In this document: one piece after another, positions 61,569 through 64,000 of the stretch
How positions within the stretch are numbered: position 1 is the stretch's first letter
Layout: each line of letters opens with the position of its first letter
DNA from: Iphione sp. A-MEVVRFRX5
Lineage: Eukaryota
Length of the DNA: 64,000 nucleotides
Reading direction: 5' to 3'
Assembly: GCA_976226885.1 (NCBI GenBank)
Contig: OZ320315.1
Location: forward strand, 56,792,001 to 56,856,000
The notes under the pieces: model-generated
What the model was told of the DNA's origin: nothing
Seen by the model: only the letters and a program-made list of their open reading frames with translations
Databases searched by the model: none
Translations under genes and position numbers: made by a program

Positions 61569-62110
61569 TTGGTGTTGGTTTTGGGGGATACTCAAGAAGT
61601 TATGTCCTATGAGTCCACACCAGTCGAGGTACCTATGGATGACAGCTCAGCAGAGGTTGAAAGCTTAGTAATCAACCTAAAGGGCTCTCACCTATCGAGT
61701 AAGGATGAGTCAACCTTAGTATGCAAGGGGCACACATATCATTCTGGTGAACATGCTTACCTTTATGAAAAAGCTCTAGCTTGTAAGCACGAAAGACTTG
61801 CTTCTATTCAAAAGTGCAATGATATTCCTAGGCTTTACAAACTGACAGGAAAACTCAGTATAATGAAGCAGTGGCCATCAGTCTGTATTCCTGTCATGCA
61901 AGATGTCTTGAAACGAAAATTTGATCAGGATAAGCGTGCCAGGAAGCATCTGTTATTAACTGGACAAAAGAAAATTGCTGCAGCCCTAAATGATCCATTT
62001 TGGGGATCTGGCAAAGTCCTGACATTCCCTTCAGAGAAGTCTACATTTGATTATCAGTATACGGATCAAATCAGTGTGGAAAAATCCTTATGAATATTCA
62101 TAACAACCTT
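61569..62110 (+). pseudogene. NADAR / YbiA-like N-glycosidase domain with a 3' frameshift
   Basis: YHSGEHAYLYEKA, W..VMQDVLKRKFDQD, LLLTG, NDPFWGSG; the terminal motif GSNQCGKILM appears in the shifted frame near 62062. Confidence 0.85.
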
Positions 62111-62502
62111 GCACTAAAAAGTGTTCAATGTTGGTGATGTAAATACACACTAACTCTCGTCACACAGGACTGTTGCCAGGGCCTACCTAAGGACCTCACC
62201 TTCCTTATATAGCAGAGTCTTGTTCATGATGCACCCTTCTTGTATCTCTCGCCAGGATCCAACTAGCTGCTGGACGAAGGCAATCAACACACGGTACAAA
62301 TAGGAGACAAGGTGTTGCTGACTTACCAGTGGTACTACTCATTGGGAGCATCTTGGCATGCATTCAGACTGGGCAGAGTGCATTTCAAGAAATATCCTCA
62401 ACCAGGGCACAAGTAGATGAGTGACCTGTGTCTCTGGGCTACATTCCTGACTTCGCTACACAAAAGATAGCTGTCCAGTATGTGGTTTGTGGTAAGAGAT
62501 CA

Positions 62503-63286
62503 ATGATAGACTTTTTAATAGTTTCCAATAGCCATGGTAGGATATTGCTTCCTGATTTACACAAGCTAGGGTGCAGAAGAGCTGAAGTGCCATTTTATCC
62601 AGGAAGGGGTTTCTTCTCATTAGCAGAGGAAACCAAGAGACTCTGCAGTGAACATTTGTACAGATACGTTATTATCGTGCCAGGTGGAAACGATTTTACT
62701 AAATTGTATAGGTTTTCTAAAAATGCCAAATATCGTACCTATTTGTGTCCTCGTTATGAAACCCTACAGGAAGGTAAAGATTTTTTAAGGACCCCTGAAG
62801 AAGGCCTACATGCGCCCAAACGTCAGGAATTTTGAAATAAAGCCAACTGAAACTGTAACTCCTGAGTCTTGTTTGTGTGTTTCTACATATTTATTGAACT
62901 TTTTAAGGAAAATTTACCTGAAAGAGTCTTTGGAACTTAGGAAACACCTGTGGGCAACTGGGATCCACCTGACTATTGCAACTACTTTTGGGTCATCTTA
63001 TGGAGATTACAATTTACACCGCTTACACTTTGTAACTAGAGAAAGTAGCAAGCGTGTGTTCCAGTCGATCATCAATGGGTGTGTCCTAGAATTAAATCGA
63101 GCTATTCCTGGTATAAATTTCATTAACGGTAGACCCACACTCTGTGTTGGAAGTATTATCCATACATATGATGGGGGGCACTATAGGCATCGCTATAACA
63201 GGCGAAGGGATGGCTGCCACCTGAAATGTAAATACCAAGACAAAATGGCTGATATGATATATGAGTACATCAAGAGTTATTGTTAA
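62503..63286 (+). pseudogene. SGNH/GDSL-type hydrolase (esterase-like) domain, frameshifted
   Basis: Block I-like LIVSNSHGR, block II-like FYPG, block III IVPGGND, block V RDGCHL; split between ORFs 62428-62835 and 62810-63286. Confidence 0.72.
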
Positions 63287-63598
63287 ATATAAAATACACT
63301 GAAACACTTGGGATAGGTGTGCCCCTTGGGCTTGCCTGGTGATACTAGTGCAAGATGCTAATCTGGAGTAACTGTTATCCAAAGCTGTGCTTGAAACGTA
63401 CATCCAAGTTATGTTGTTGTTATATCTTTTCTGTTTGCTTTTCAGCATTTGTTATCATTATCATATACATTACATACAGGTTGATTATTACTGAGTTGCC
63501 ACTGTGTTCATCCCACATTCTGATTCTGTATCATTATCATGTCAAAGGTATGGACATAAAGCATTATCAATACAGGATCCTATCGGGGAGAGACTAAT

Positions 63599-64000
63599 AT
63601 GTCATCTACTATTATGAAAAGAGGATATATTAACACGCAAAGCCTTCACAAGCACTTTACTGATTTTTGTATTGATATGAAAGAAAAGCATCTCGACAAA
63701 AAACATGGGGGGGTGGGGGAGTTCTCACATTCTTCATTCCGTAAGTAAGTTTTGTGACATTATACCAGAAGTGACCTCAGACAACGACGACCTAGAAGTG
63801 TTAGGAATTAAGGTATCAGATGGGACTAAATTGATCACCCTGATAGGATGCTATCGACCCCCAAGGGGTAATATAGACAGTGCCTGGATGCAAATAAATG
63901 AAATGATCAGGAAAGGGGGAGCCATACCGATAAGACCATTCATTATAATGGGTGATCTTAACGTTGACCATTTATGTACATCCTCATCACACAAAAATAA
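63599..64000 (+). pseudogene. LINE ORF2 APE endonuclease, N-terminal part (runs off the window)
   Basis: YINTQSL (N-x-x-S-L), then DLEVLGIKV..IGCYRPP..IIMGDLNVD, open to the window end. Confidence 0.85.

Overview
Animal (marine invertebrate, probably lophotrochozoan) genomic DNA dominated by transposable elements. Host genes: (i) the first three coding exons of a minus-strand EF-hand + WD40 ciliary-type protein (WDR49/EFCAB8/WDY family), 13079 to 4190, continuing left of the window; (ii) six plus-strand exons (18397-31477) of an ADAMTS-like M12B metalloprotease with an HELGHSLGAHHD zinc motif, a disintegrin-like Cys region and a PLAC-like tail but no TSP1 repeat; its 5' exons were not found. 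Mobile elements: a decayed DIRS-type element (1 to about 3070); a young non-autonomous Mag-like LTR element encoding only Gag-protease (6108-10445, 160-bp LTRs with 1 mismatch, CTGTA TSD); an apparently intact Ngaro-type tyrosine-recombinase retrotransposon with split direct repeats (31788-36432); decayed Gypsy, Penelope, RTE, CR1/L2 and other LINE copies; tRNA-derived SINEs; several MITEs. Most unusual: at the right end (60953-64000) a co-oriented run of L1-ORF1-like coiled coil, NADAR (YbiA-like N-glycosidase), SGNH hydrolase and a LINE APE endonuclease, possibly a non-LTR retrotransposon carrying an ADP-ribose/N-glycosidase module. All domain calls are by-eye motif recognition; no database search was run.
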